Assembly (NCBI GenBank): GCA_051453625.1
Contig: JBOZIK010000001.1
Location: 22,020,097-22,062,570 of the forward strand
Source of the DNA: Welwitschia mirabilis
Lineage: Eukaryota
Direction: 5' to 3'
Length of the DNA stretch: 42,474 bases
Below are positions 12,701 through 26,599 of the stretch, piece by piece. Below the pieces are notes generated by a model that was not told where the DNA came from, ran no database searches, and saw nothing but the letters and a program-made list of their open reading frames with translations. Made by a program: the position numbers and the translations under genes. Positions within the stretch are counted from its first letter, which is position 1, and each line of letters opens with the position of its first letter.

Positions 12701-14136
12701 CAGTTCATTAACATGATGATGGTTAGGAGATAAGATTTGAACTTTAGATATACAATTTATATTAACTTATGGACCATGTTTATTTATTAATATATCTAAA
12801 AGATATTTGATTTAAAAAAAATATTTGTAATGTAGTCCTCATGATGTAAATCATTCACCTTAACTAGTAATAGTGATTTTTATAATGTTTACCTTTAGAT
12901 AACAATATGTTTATATCTTAGCAGTATATATACCCATGTGCTCCTTAAAGGGAAACATGTTTTCATTTAACATATTTTGTATCTATCAAATCCATGATTT
13001 TTCTTAGAGTTACATAGAAATTTAATCCCTTTAGGCTAGGGAACAAGTCCTTAATCCATAGAGTTATGAATGTATTAAGTAAATATTGTAGAATTTGTTG
13101 ATAGTTATTAATAATTAGGAATCAACCTTTAATGTTGACTTGTATCGTTAATACTTTTTCTTATAGCTAACATGTCTATATGATTATATGTTTTAATTAT
13201 TTTGCTACTAATGCTTTTCACATTTAATAGGCAATCTTATATCTTATCTCATTAGATCTTAGCAATCGAACTACAAAAATTATGTATATCATAATATTTT
13301 AAGAATAAGTAAAAATATGTTTACTTGTAGCATTTAAAACTAATTATGAACTTGCCTTAGGATTTCTATTACTCTGTGTAATCATTAGATCAAACCCTTC
13401 ATCATATCTAAACATTGAGTTTTGTCTTTAATGATTTTACTCTTGTAATTATTATTTAGCAACTAATTATTGCAAGTTTAGTACTATTCACATGATTCTT
13501 ATGGACGAATAACATTCTTTTTATGCTTAATTTGAGATTTTGTATACTACACCTATAAATAGCCTATAAAGTTTATTCTTTCTTAACTTGTAAATTTTGG
13601 AAGCTTTGACTTGTGATTCATTTTTCTTATGAGTTTTGGAATAAATAATCCTATTTATAGTATTTCAAATGAATGAAACTAGTCGGAAATGGCTATGACA
13701 AGTATAACATTTTTTTTCAGGATAAGTTTCTTATTTCCAAATAATTAATAGTTACAATAACTTTTTGGAAATAACTAATTTGTACATAGATCTTTTGAAT
13801 GAATTATTTTGGATAAACATTCTTTGATGCCTATTTCTAGGTTTATTTATTTTTTTAACTTGTTGAAAATTCCCAAACTCTAGAACTTTTTTTAGTCACA
13901 TAGATTTTCCCCTTGTTATGGTACAACAACTTAAACATTTAGTGGTAAATCTCTTTTCTTATGAGAAATTTTTAAAAATTTTTTACTCTATTCATTTTTC
14001 TTTTCTTTGTTTTATTTTTTGATATAAATTATAATACAGAGGAGGCTTAATCTAGAGGAGAATAAATATGAGGTAGATTAAATAATATAAATGATAACCA
14101 GATTAAATAATAAATATCAAATTAGGTTTGCTTCCC

Positions 14137-14594
14137 NNNNNNNNNNNNNNNNNNNNNNNNNNNNNNNNNNNNNNNNNNNNNNNNNNNNNNNNNNNNNNNN
14201 NNNNNNNNNNNNNNNNNNNNNNNNNNNNNNNNNNNNNNNNNNNNNNNNNNNNNNNNNNNNNNNNNNNNNNNNNNNNNNNNNNNNNNNNNNNNNNNNNNNN
14301 NNNNNNNNNNNNNNNNNNNNNNNNNNNNNNNNNNNNNNNNNNNNNNNNNNNNNNNNNNNNNNNNNNNNNNNNNNNNNNNNNNNNNNNNNNNNNNNNNNNN
14401 NNNNNNNNNNNNNNNNNNNNNNNNNNNNNNNNNNNNNNNNNNNNNNNNNNNNNNNNNNNNNNNNNNNNNNNNNNNNNNNNNNNNNNNNNNNNNNNNNNNN
14501 NNNNNNNNNNNNNNNNNNNNNNNNNNNNNNNNNNNNNNNNNNNNNNNNNNNNNNNNNNNNNNNNNNNNNNNNNNNNNNNNNNNNNNNNNNNNNN
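14137..14594. other. Assembly gap (other gaps at 15665-15674, 26092-26119 and 42037-42136)
   Basis: Runs of N. Confidence 1.
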
Positions 14595-15279
14595 AAATTT
14601 GGTTTGCGCCCCCCCCCCCCCCCCCCGAAAAAAACACTAATGATAATGATGATTAAATGAAATAAAGACATCTTTCATATTTGTAACACTTCGTGGATGG
14701 ATTATTAGGATGGATTCTTTAAAATTACTAAAGGTGAAATTTTGGAATTTTCAAGGATTGGACTTAATAAATGCTGATTATGGCTAACTTATGTAAACTT
14801 GATAAGATATTTTTTTAGAGAACTATTATTTATTAGTTTCTAGAAACTAAATATAACTTTTTGGAAGATAATTAATGAAAATAAATTTCATAGCCTTATA
14901 AGAACTTAAAATAGGTTTCTACAAAATAAAGATACATGTCTTGAAATGTCTCTAAAAAAAAATTTGGGAAATTTAAAATAGATTTTTAAAAACTGAGATA
15001 GATTTTTTTGGAAAGCTTGCTGAAGATAATTTTTTTAAAAAAACTCTTAATAAAGAATTCTAGTAAATAAAAATCTATATTACTGAATAACTCATGAAAC
15101 TTGCTTAAAAATAACTATTATAAGCTAAGATCAGATGTCTAAAACCTAACTTAATCAACCCTTAAAAAGATATATATTCTAAAGTATTTTTTTAAAATAA
15201 TTAATGCTAAAACCACTAAATTATGAGAATCATATCTAAATCTTATAGCGGAACTGTAATTTAGTAATTGAGTGAGAGA

Positions 15280-15284
<5 letters not shown>

Positions 15285-15342
<58 letters not shown>
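15285..15342. repeat. (TG)29 microsatellite
   Basis: Directly visible in the sequence. Confidence 0.98.
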
Positions 15343-15343
<1 letters not shown>

Positions 15344-17389
15344 TCTATTATATGCTTTACAAATAAGGGATTGATTAAGTAGTGCTATATATTCGCTCTA
15401 TGTGATTGATTTTCTACAAATATTATATAAGTCTTATTTTATTAATTCATTATATTAATTAGATGTGCAAGAAAATATTTTATAAATTATTTTTTCATAA
15501 ACTTATATTGAGAAAATGTGATATAACAACTATAACAATTACATATAGATTAGAATTATGAGTAACACTTAGTCATTAACTTGTAAAAACTATTATTACT
15601 ATAATAAAAACATTAACAATCTGAACTATTAAGAAGCAATAATGCTAGCATAGTGATTTTATTANNNNNNNNNNACAAAACTATTACCTTAGACATTTCA
15701 TGGATTATCTTAATGTCGATATGTAAAAAAGTTATATGATAATTCCAACATGGGCCAAAATCAAGGTATGAACATACACATACATATAGTAGTATAATAT
15801 AAGAAACATATAAAAGAGTACATTAACAAATAAACATGCAATATATGTAAGTAATGTGATCCATCTTAGAATAATGTAATAATAATTTAAGAAAGAGTTT
15901 TATATTACATTAGAATTTTAAACCATATCATGAACTTTGGTAATAGAATTACCACATATTTTCATTCCCATTGATTAATCTCTATTTATCATGTAAGAGT
16001 CTGTCATCATCAACATAATAATAAAGGCCATTTATGAACATAAAAACACATAGTATTATCTTAATAAAGTATCTTTGTCATTATCATAATCAAAGGTGTG
16101 CTAATATTATCAATTCCATTGGTTTTGTTTCACATGCCATATGAGAGTCCATCTGTATTAACACAATCATATAAGCTAATGAAGAACATGAAGTTCCTGG
16201 GAAATTCCAACTATGCATATATTTAATCCTATTATTGTAATTAAAAGTTTAAAAGAATATAAAAATAAAAGCCTGAGATAAATCAAAACATAATTAGTAA
16301 GAGGGAAAAACCTCTCCTATAAGTTTTCCATAGTGTGATTTACATGTTGGATAGTTATATGCATACTAGTAGAAATCTAGCTAACTTAGAAATATACTTA
16401 GACTGGTTTGAATAAGAAATGATTTTTAAAGGTGTCTATTTATTGAAAGGTATGGTCCTAATTTCTGTAACGATACAAAGTCAGGTAGTTGATGCATGAT
16501 CTACAATGAAAGTTACTTATGACTTTATATTATATGGATTCATTACAAAATCTCCATCCATTCACTTGAAGTCATTTGTCATTAAATAAATATATGTATA
16601 AAATTCAGGGAAATAATAACGTACTATAATAACAACAACTTAGGAGAAAAAATATATCTATCATTTTAACTTATCTTTAAAGAAATTATTCAAATAAGAC
16701 TTATTACTCTATTTTACACCTTAAGAATTCTTCTTCATGTTGTCTATAAGGATAGTACTCAAGGCGTATTTTTAAACTTTAGAAAGGAAATATATGTTTT
16801 TTTAGGGGGTTTATCAGAACCTCGAAAAAATTTTCATTGTAATTATTAAAAGTAAACACATACTAAAGTCAACAATTAGCACATAAAACTATGCTCATGG
16901 GAGCTAGGTAATAACAGTTTGATGTAATACTATAATAAATAAGAAGCTACAAGCTTAAAGAAAATCTTAATTTTAAGGGTTATTTTCATTTTCTAACAAG
17001 ATATAACTTGATTCAGAACCTTTTCCATGTTGGCTGCTCAAGGAGGACTATACCAAATGTGACAATAAATCTAAACCATAACAATGGACTAATTCATAGG
17101 AACTTTATTTCATGGGCTATTAACTAGTTATCAATCCTGAGCTCATTAATAAGGGAGTATCATATCCCTTGTAAATATTCCTTTGTTGCTTATTAACAAA
17201 AGGGCCTTTTCTCCTCTTAGAATTTTGATTACCGAGGTGATAATGAAGTTTAGCATGTGGAGGTACCCCTTAAAATAAACAAGAACTATCAGATCAATTC
17301 TCTAAAAGCTGCATTAGGTAGTTGACCTTAAGCTAAACCTTTCCAATCTAAGTAAAAATCCAAAGAGAAATTGATTGTATAATTTTAGA

Positions 17390-18783
17390 ATGTTTTTTGT
17401 AATTAAGTTTATCATATATTCATGATTTTTTATTAAGAAATTATATTACATGTTCATTTACATATGAAATAAAGTATGCATGATCAAGTAATAGCTCAAA
17501 GAAATTCAAAACAAGGACTACATGTAGAAGTGTAGTTTTCTAAGAACTTTGAAGTTTATATGTCCTAACCTCTAAAGCCCAAGAATTTATTTGTCAATTT
17601 TGCCAATTGAAAAAGCTTTGTGATTGACTTTTTTCACCTGTAATAAGAATTTTCCACTATCCTAAATTACTTCAATGTATTTTTCCTTTTTTTCTTGATG
17701 TAATCTAACTATTTTTCTTTTTATCAAATTTTATAGCCATTTTGTAGTAGAAAGAAAACTAATATTAAATTTATTGTAAACTTTGGAATATAAAGGGTGT
17801 TCATTAGCCTGAGAAATATTAGATCCATAATTCTTGGATAATTCACTCTTAATTTTATTTCATCATCAATGGTTTTGTGATGCTCCTTGGGGTTGGCTCA
17901 AGCTTTTTGAAGAAGTTCTTATTACTGATCATGTTACTAGATGCTATTAAATCCAGGAAGTATGTTTTGCTATGAATTATAGATATTATTGAGAATTTTT
18001 CTTAATAAATCATATTATCACTTAGGATTGAAATTCCATAATTTTACTTCTTACCTTTATTATTATCCTTATTTTTCTTATTCTTCTTATTTTTATTTTG
18101 TGGATTGCTTGGATTCTTGAAATAAAGATTTTAAAAGTTATAAACCATCTGATTGTATAATTTCTAAAATTTTGGTTTTCTTTCTTATTGTTTTGTGTAT
18201 TACTTGAATGTAACAAGACATATACTTGCTTCATCTTATCTTCTTATTACTTTATTTTGGCTTAATGCAGTTTTAGCTGTTCAAACAAACAAGATTTATA
18301 AGCATGTTTTAATGCTTTAAAAGATGTGTAAAACTTTAAGGGTGGTGCTTAAAGTAAAGAAAAGTGAGCTATTTCTTTATCTATCATATTATCTTATTCT
18401 TCAATTTATGCTTTAGCGTTAATGATCTTCTTCTTTAGATGAGTGATGTCTTTATGATCTTCACACTTGATTGTAGAAAATTCACAAATTAATGACTATT
18501 TGTATGATTAATTTTTAACTTGAAAGATATTTTATAGGAAGTTTCAAAGTTCTGCAAAATTCCTAATATTATGAATTGAAGAATCAACTTTATTACCGAC
18601 ATTTATGACAATAGTAAGGTTGGTCAGACATGCATATTCATCCTTTTTTGCTGATACACTTCCATCCACGTAACCATCAAGTTCCTATCCAATTAGGAAA
18701 TTTTTCATCATCATTTTCAAGACGGTACAGTTTAAGTGATTAAGCTCCAAGTTCTATTCAAGGTACAATCCTAATGTATTCAT
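17390..18783 (-). mobile_element. Decayed Ty1/copia gag-protease-integrase remnant
   Basis: Minus-strand motifs occur in Copia order. Gag: LNHLNCTVLKMMMKNFLIG*ELDGYVDGS and AEL*NFL. Protease: YFLDLIASSNM, a decayed LDSGAS.HM (~17960), then LMNTLYIPKFTINL. Pre-integrase: RLGHINFKVLRKL (~17570). Integrase start: FLNKKS. Confidence 0.8.
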
Positions 18784-21700
18784 GAATATAGAGATAACTC
18801 ATGCCTTATTGATGTCTCAACTCTTTAGTGATATATTAATACTAAATTTGTCTACATAATATAAAATAGTTTCTTCATCAAGTGCTTTATGTCTTGCACT
18901 ACCATCAAGATGATAAGGAATTATTCTCATTTCTTGTTTATGGCTACAATTTAATGTCATTTTGGAATCTTATTAAGAAAAGGGAAAAAATACAAGAAAT
19001 TCTTAATGAAACATAAAATTTAATTAAATGAAATAGTCCTTATATAATTTTAACTTTGAATAAACCATAAATTAATAAATTACAAGTAGATTACACACAT
19101 TTTATGTGTCATAGTGTAGTTTATAATGTAAAGAAATGCAACTCTTACACGAAGTACACTTGAATAGTTATGATGCTTTACTTAGAGCAATTAACTAATT
19201 TGTTAAATAAATAAATATTAGTAGTTTGTTTTGTCGTAAAAAAATACATTTAGTTAACATATACAAAACATATTATGTGTTATATCTCATTATAACCTGT
19301 TTCATCTAGTAATAATATCATTTGCAATGTAATTATTCATTTCTTTAATTCTTCCTAAAACATTTGTAAGGTTTCTCCATTATCACATGTTTTTTTCCTT
19401 TCTTCTTAAAGGCATCTTTACTTCTTGATTTGGCTAGCATGATATTAGAGGTAGGCTTAGAGGATGTTCGCAATAGAGTAGTGTGGAAATCTCCTTGATT
19501 AAAAGTGATTTAAGGTTAGGTTTTCATGCTGCTTTTTCCATTGCATTTTATTTGTCTATTTCATTGTTATGGCAATTTCAATCTAATTTGAATGATTATT
19601 TGATGAAAATTTGTTTGGGTTACAAATTCTTAGAATAGGACAATATTGTATTATCATATTTTCGTAGTTTGAAGATTAAAATTTTCATTTTTAGTGTTGA
19701 ATCTATATAGTTTTATGCTAATTTTGACATAATTATATTTGAAGTACAATTATGAATTGCATACATAACCTTAAAACTATCAATAATAATATTTCACCAC
19801 TAAGCTATAGAATTATTTTTATTATTTCCATGTTGACATACTTCTATTTGGTATGTTATTATTTTGAAATACAATAGGTGTACCATGAAGGATTAGCAAG
19901 GCATCATAAAGCAAGCTTAAAAGGCCGAAATTTCTTAAATGCTTTGGTTCAACTTTTAGAAATAAAAATTTAAAAGTTTATGGAAAGCCATCTAAAAACC
20001 ATCATCAATCACCAAAGTAAAAAAGGTAGTTAACAAAGTGGTATTAATATTTGAAAAGTGTGATTGTGGTAATAGTAACCTTCCAAGAAGTTTGCAATAA
20101 CTTATTTTTGTAGAATTAGACATCTATCAGTGGTTTAAAATATTATACTTGAAATTTTGATACTTTGAAGTGTATTTTCACCTTTAAAATGATGAATTTC
20201 TCTTTGGTAGCTCTATAGGTTGTGGAAAATCAAAAAATACCACTAGAACAGGTAGACCTCATATTATTTTCTTCTACTCTAGAGAAGAGTTTTTTAAGTA
20301 ATGATCACAAATGTTGAAAACCAATAAGGAAGTATTCCAATGAATTTGAGATTTTGAAGGTAGTAAAAACACTACTAGTATTAATTAATAACAATTTAGT
20401 TAACTTTAAGACAAATGTAGGGTTAATATTAAAAGGGGAGTTGAATTAAGAATAACGATAAAATTAAATCCTTTTAGTAGAAATAGTAAAATTTCAATTT
20501 AGTTAATAATTTAAACCTAGGATGAATATGCTAGGTAGCATAATTTCACATTTTGTTTGTTACCTACTTTCTATTCTTAATAACTCAAAAGTAGATTGAT
20601 CTCATTATTACTTCTACTAGTTCTCTCATACCTTTTACAAAGTTTTTATCGATTAAAATTTTAAATTATATTTCTTAGTAATATTCATTAATTTTTTATA
20701 GTAGTTTATCCTAAAAATATTTCTATCGATCTTAACTTCTCATGCATTTCTGAACTAGATTTGCTATTAGTGGACTTTATAGAGAAATTAATAAACAACC
20801 ATAATATCAACTGCTCCTAAATTTCTTTAACTTTAATTAGGAATATTCTAAACCTACATTTTAGATTGATTAAACCTCAACTCAAGAATCTTTAGATTGT
20901 TCTTTAACTAAGTTAATCATGTTTAATATCCATAAAGATAGTTTCTATCAAGTACTTCCTAGGATAATGTTAAAAAGTCTTATGATAAGCTAAGTATTTA
21001 ATAACACCTTCTTGTATGATTTTTCTCAAGTATAAATCAAATTAAAATAAAACTTACCATCATCAATTTGTTATTCAAATTTCATGGCTTAGATTTTGAA
21101 GAGCACTATGAATAGTTAAGAGAGCTTGAAGCTTTTGTGTCAATCATAGATGTGAAGATGATGCAAATACGATGATGATATTTTCATTTTTTTAAAAGGA
21201 AAGAAAAAAATTCAAGGCTAGTTACATGACTTAAAACCTTATTCCATTAGATCATGAAGAGATTTCAACCAAAAATTCATGGAAAATTACTTTTCAACAT
21301 GTAAAAGTAATGAAGCAAGAAGAAAAATTGTAGACTTTCAAGAATAATATAATGAATCTTTTTCATAATGCATTTAAAAATTTTTAAAGATTTATTAAGG
21401 AGATGTTCCTAACATGTTTTCAAAGGTTGAAGTGAATAGTGTATAATCTAGAAGATCTGTTTTAGAATAGCAATAACAAAAATCATCATTCTATTATGGA
21501 GATTCCTAAGTTTTTGAAAAATGAAGCCTCTACCATATAAGAATGTAACTAATCTTAGAATAGACCATTACAAAATATTTTTAAATAATCCACAAAACTC
21601 AGTTAGATAATAACAACAAACTAATTAAAATCAATAATCAAAATGCTTAGACTATTTCATGTTTTAAACAAGAAATGAATTAACTTCTTAAACTACATCC

Positions 21701-22224
21701 TTCGTGTTATCTTTAATCAACTAAATTAAGAAATAGAAGCTTATAGCCTAGTCCATGTCTAATGTAAAAGCTATTAATATGGTTAAAAAACAAGAATAAG
21801 TTAGGAAATTCAATGCTAGCTCACTTAAAAGTGGTATCCAAGTAAATGAAAATGTTTAATTACTTAGACAAGCCACCTCCACATATAATCCTAAACCTTA
21901 GCCAACTTTTGAACCTAAAAAAGATGAAGAAGATGATTTAAAAGGAAAATATATGAACAAGTAAAACAAGAACCATTTATTAAAATTTTGTACCTTTAAA
22001 AAAGGAAAAAAAATTTAAGCAGAGTACTTAAAAATCTTTAGGGAAGTAAAGATTAACATTTTCCTATTGGATGCTATGAAGAAAATCCCTTCATATGTAA
22101 AATTACTTTAAGATATATGCATAGTGAAGGAAAAAAATAAAGATTAAAAAATATTCTTACTTAACTTAACAAGAAAATGCCATAATGTAGAATAAAATTC
22201 CATCAAAGGTTTAGTGATCTTGGT

Positions 22225-23596
22225 TTTTTCTATCTCATAGATTGTGATCTATGGAAGATGTACCTTATCTATCAAGGTATAAGTAGTAGTTTTAAATAAG
22301 AAACTAAGGAATACTATTAAAGTATAGTTAACCCTAATTATAATTCTTTTAAAATGACTATAAAGATACTTTAGAGCCTATAAGGACTGATAAAGGTTTT
22401 AAAGGTAGGTTTAAATAAGAAGAGGATCTAGAGAAAAATTTAAAGGAGAATAAAAAAATCATTTCATAGATATCTCCTCCTAAAGATCAAGAATAACTGT
22501 TCATAAGAAAATTTATCATGCAAAGCCTAGTTAAGTAAGAGATCATTTACTAAGCATAACTTGGTTCCATAGATAAGCAACAAATTATTCACTACAAATT
22601 CTAAATGTGATGAAAGTACACTTAATGAAAATATTACATCTTACAATGAAATTTAAGAAAACACTAAGATAGTATGAAAGATATCATGTTTTAATATATT
22701 AATCATCTAAATCCAAAAAAAAAAAAAATTGAGAAAGAAACAAAAGAAAACATCCATGAGATGCTATTGTATAGACACTAATCTTAATTAAATTAAAGAT
22801 GAAAAGGTAAGGCAAATCAAATCCTAAGTAAAATCGCACTCGTCAATGATGCAAATACTATAGACAATACAAAATCACATATTAATATCTAAGATAAAGT
22901 ATGATAAATGCCATAAAATTTAGTCATTTCCTCATACCGAGAGAGGGATAAAGGAAGCTTATAACGTTATGATGAGGTAAGCCTTCATCATAGCCCTAAG
23001 GCTTCTATATCTAAAATGGTAGAGCTCTAATGGATGATAATGAATTACACTCTAACCATGATGAACTTTAAGCTTTATTATTAATCAAGGATGAATGAAA
23101 CATGAAGAATGTCTAATCCTTAAGGTAGTTTATGATTTTATAGCTCTCCTTAGGGTTTATGATATTCATTAATTTGTTCTTGTTATTAATAGATGGATAA
23201 GAATAGATCTTATTAGGTAGTAGGACATAAAAATGTACTCATTAGTTTCATGAACTAATTTAGCATTAGATCGTAAGGTTAATTTGTCAAATTCCCACTT
23301 GATTAACTTTTCCTTCTTTATGGCATCAATTTACTCTAGAATGCTAGTAATGCTAGTAGTCTAAATAGTGGCATCAATCCTTTTAAGTAGCTTGGCTCTA
23401 ATGAATTCTGAAAAGATAAGGATTAGTTGTAAATAAAAATTCAAAATTTAGTCATCCTTGATAAAACTTATAGTAATTAATATATAAGTATGATTAGAAA
23501 TAAATAATTATAAACATAAAATTTATAGCCTTAAAAATATATTACTTTACAAAGGTTTAGAGGCCAAATATGTAAAAATTTTAAGTGGAATTTAAC
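22225..23596 (-). mobile_element. ~1.35-kb insertion, copy A (probable 5'-truncated LINE 3' end with C-terminal CCHC knuckle)
   Basis: It splits the Athila protease between DLG and PTISC and is colinear with 24875-26170. The minus strand at 22915-22864 gives a decayed C-x2-C-x8-H-x4-C (YGIYHTLS*IL/YVILYCL*Y, with a frameshift). Confidence 0.6.
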
Positions 23597-24360
23597 CACC
23601 AACAATTTCATGTGTTATAGGTAATAAGGAAATTGATAAATTCTTATTAGATATGAGATAGTTCAAAATTAAGATCATTCACATTATGTAAGGACTTAGT
23701 TTAAAGGGCTAAAGAAAGCTAACATAACTTGTTCATCACTTAACTAACACTCCCAAGGGAATAGTAGAAGATATTTTAATACAATTTGATAAATCTTACT
23801 ACCTCTTTAACTTTGAAGTTTTAGAGATGGAAGATAACCTAGCTGAGAGGATTTCATCTTATCTTAGAATGACCCTTCCCACTTATCTCTAGTTCTCTAA
23901 TCAACTATAGAAATGGAATAATAAAAATGTCCTTTGGAAATATGAATATAAAATTATAATTTTTAACATCATGAAAAAGAATTATTTGAATCATATAAAA
24001 GATCTTCAAGTTATTGAAATCGATGAAGTTGAAACTCTTAAGTTTTCATATCCTTAAAAAATCATCCACTATGTAAAACTCATGAAGAATTAAGACTTGT
24101 CATTCATAAAAATCGTAATTATGAACCATTAAAATAAAAATCTAAATTTTGAATCTTTATCATATATACCACAAAAACAACCTTCCACTAAAGAGTGTAT
24201 CTTTAATGTTAAACCTCTTCTTGAAGGTTTAAAATATGCATTTCTAAAAGATAATAATTCTTGTCTTATAGTTATCTTTGTAAAATTATTTACTTCTTAA
24301 GAAGAAGCCTGAGTTTACGTCCCCAAATAACATAAACATGTTATATAGACTAGGCTATCT

Positions 24361-24615
24361 TTTTTTGAAGAGATAGTGGGTAGGACATTTTTTGCACCAT
24401 ACAACTACCCAGTGGTGCTTGGGCTTATAGAATCTAAGCCATTTGTATTCCCCACTAATAGCGAATAGGTAATTTTTGTGCCACATAAATGCCCAACAAC
24501 ACCTGGGCTTACATAATCTATTCCGTTTGTATTTCATACCCTTGTTGGGATTTGAACTTTGGACCTCTAGGTTCATGTGTATGTGACCTTACCACTATGG
24601 GAAGTAGTCATTGAC
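24361..24615 (-). mobile_element. tRNA-derived SINE with 14-16-bp target-site duplication
   Basis: AGACTAGGCTATCT(TT) flanks the insert at 24347 and 24616. The minus strand has an A-box-like TTCCCATAGTGGT (24603-24591), a B-box GTTCAAATCC (24557-24548) and a short terminal A tract. Removing the insert restores the Athila reading. Confidence 0.9.
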
Positions 24616-24874
24616 AGACTAGGCTATCTTTGATTTGAAAGAAATCAGACCAATTATATGTATGCATAAAATTCATTTAGAAAAACATGCTAAACCTTGT
24701 ATAGAGTCTCAACATAGAATTCATTCTCATATGAAATTAATAGTGATGAAATGAGTTCTTAAATTTATAGATGCTAATATTATCTTATCTAATTTCTAAT
24801 ACTTAATAAATAATCCTAACACAAACTCTCCCTAAGAAATATAAAATCGCTATAGTCTTATACCTTGACTTTTG

Positions 24875-26170
24875 TACTAGGTTATAATTTATGAAAGATG
24901 TGTTATATCTGTGAGATTATAGATAGTAGTTTTAAATATCAAACTAGGACATTCTATTGTAGTATTATTAATTATAATTGTTCTTCTCTCATAGAGACTA
25001 TAAAGATACTTTAGAGCTTATAAGAACTGATAAATGTTTTAAGGTAGATTTGAGTACAAAGAAGATATGGAAAGTAATTAAAGAAAAGTTTTACTCAGTG
25101 AAATATCTCCTCTTAAAAACTAGGAATAATTATTCATTATAAAATCTATTACACAAACCTAGCCAACTAAGAGATAATTCACTAAGTACAATTTACTATT
25201 ATAGATAAGCAATAAATTGTTCATTAGAAATTTGAATTTAATAAAAGTAAAGTAATGAAAATGTTATAATGAAATGTATGAAAAACAACATGAAAGATAT
25301 CATAACCTAATATATCAATCCTCAAAACCATATAAAGCATTTAAGGAACACAACTAAAAAGAAATATAAAAGAGCATTTAGAATGTACTATTGCATACTT
25401 GGTAATCTTAATTGAATTAAAGAGGGAAAAGTAAAATAAATATACTCATACATTAAAATGCATTCATAAATAATTAAAATACTATTAAGAATACTAAATT
25501 AAAGATTAAGATCTAGGGCAAATCATGACAAATGCCACATGAGTCAATCATTTCTCATACCCAATAAGAAAGAAAGAAGGCTTAGGATCTAATAATAAGA
25601 CGAATCCTCATGATAGCCATTGGAATAATAAACATGAAATGCATATTTATAATGGATGATGATAAATAATGCTCTAATGATAGCAAATTCCAAGATTCAT
25701 GATTAATTAAGAAGTGAAGGATAAAGGATGAAGGATGCTTAACCATTAAGGTCTCCTATTCCTTTACTCCTCTCCTTAAAGCTGAATATATCTATTGGTT
25801 TGTCCTTATTACCAACAGATGGGTGGTAATGGATCTTCTTAGGCTATAGGACATAGGTATATAGTTCCTAGTCTTTTAAAATTTGTTTAGCTTTGGGATT
25901 GTAAAGTTAATTTATCAATTTATCATTTGTTTAGCTTATTCCCCTTCATAGAACCAACTTATCCCTAGAAAGTTGGTGGCACCAATAGTCTAAACAATAA
26001 CATTATTACCTTTAATTTATTAAGATCTAATGAAGTTTAGGTATCTTAGATTAACTTGTAAATAAATTTTTGGAAGTTAGTTTTGCTTAATNNNNNNNNN
26101 NNNNNNNNNNNNNNNNNNNATAATTAAAGATAAATTGATAATAAACATGAAATTTATAGCCTTCAAACAT
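24875..26170 (-). mobile_element. ~1.3-kb insertion, copy B (same family as 22225-23596)
   Basis: It shares blocks with copy A: TAGTAGTTTTAAATA, GACTATAAAGATACTTTAGAGC, ATATCTCCTC, ATAGATAAGCAA, TAGGACATA and AAATTTATAGCCTT. The minus strand reads EMIDSCGICHDLP near 25539-25528. Confidence 0.7.
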
Positions 26171-26599
26171 TTAAGTTTAAACACACCTCCTAACTAATCA
26201 TTTCTAGTTCCTTAGTAGATTTCTACCATGAAGTGTTATAAAGACTATCTTGAAACTCATAAATTTTACATTTCTTATTCATGTAACATATTCATAAGTA
26301 AACTCATAAGCATTAAGAAGATAATAATTCTTTAATTAATAGTTGTATGTCAAAACATTTAGCTTAACTTATTAAATTTCAAAAGTTTAAAAATCAAATT
26401 CACCATAAAATATTCATGTCTTTTATCATTTTTCAATTTTAAAAAACTTTTAAGTAAAGAGAATGTATGATTTCTACATAATTCGAATGATATTTAATGA
26501 AATTTTAAAAAAGCTAATGTTGATTTTCACCCATCTATTCAAGTCAATGTAGACATTTTTTTTGATGTTTAAATTAAGGTAGAAAGTTAGAAAATATCA

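Larger units (their letters stand above)
20940..24855 (+). mobile_element. Decayed Athila-like Ty3/gypsy gag-pol, interrupted by nested insertions and truncated at the start of RT
   Basis: Gag: *LHDLKPYSIRS*RDFNQKFMENYF (~21220) and KDLLRRC. Then IFREVKINIFLLDAMKKIPSY (22033). Protease: DLG at 22216, continuing as PTISCVIGNKEIDKFLLD at 23599 and PKGIVEDILIQFDK. Then KPLLEGLKYAFL (~24210) and ICMHKIHLEKHAKP...VLKFIDANII (~24660-24785). Confidence 0.85.

Noticed and set aside
14091..14671. Long ORFs spanning the N gap (also 41948-42160)
   Set aside because: Artefacts of N runs and poly-C.
13860..14980. Weak inverted similarity around the gap (TTCCCAAA...TTTTTTAG vs CTAAAAAA...TTTGGGAA) as a foldback/MITE
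   Set aside because: The match is short and low-complexity, and I found no termini or TSD.
16000..16830. Scattered gypsy RT-like words on the minus strand (PYRQHEEE, GWRFC, YVDD)
   Set aside because: The spacing and order are unconvincing, and such words could arise by chance in AT-rich DNA.
24540..24615. tRNA gene
   Set aside because: It has A and B boxes but no complete cloverleaf. The TSD and A tail identify it as a SINE head.
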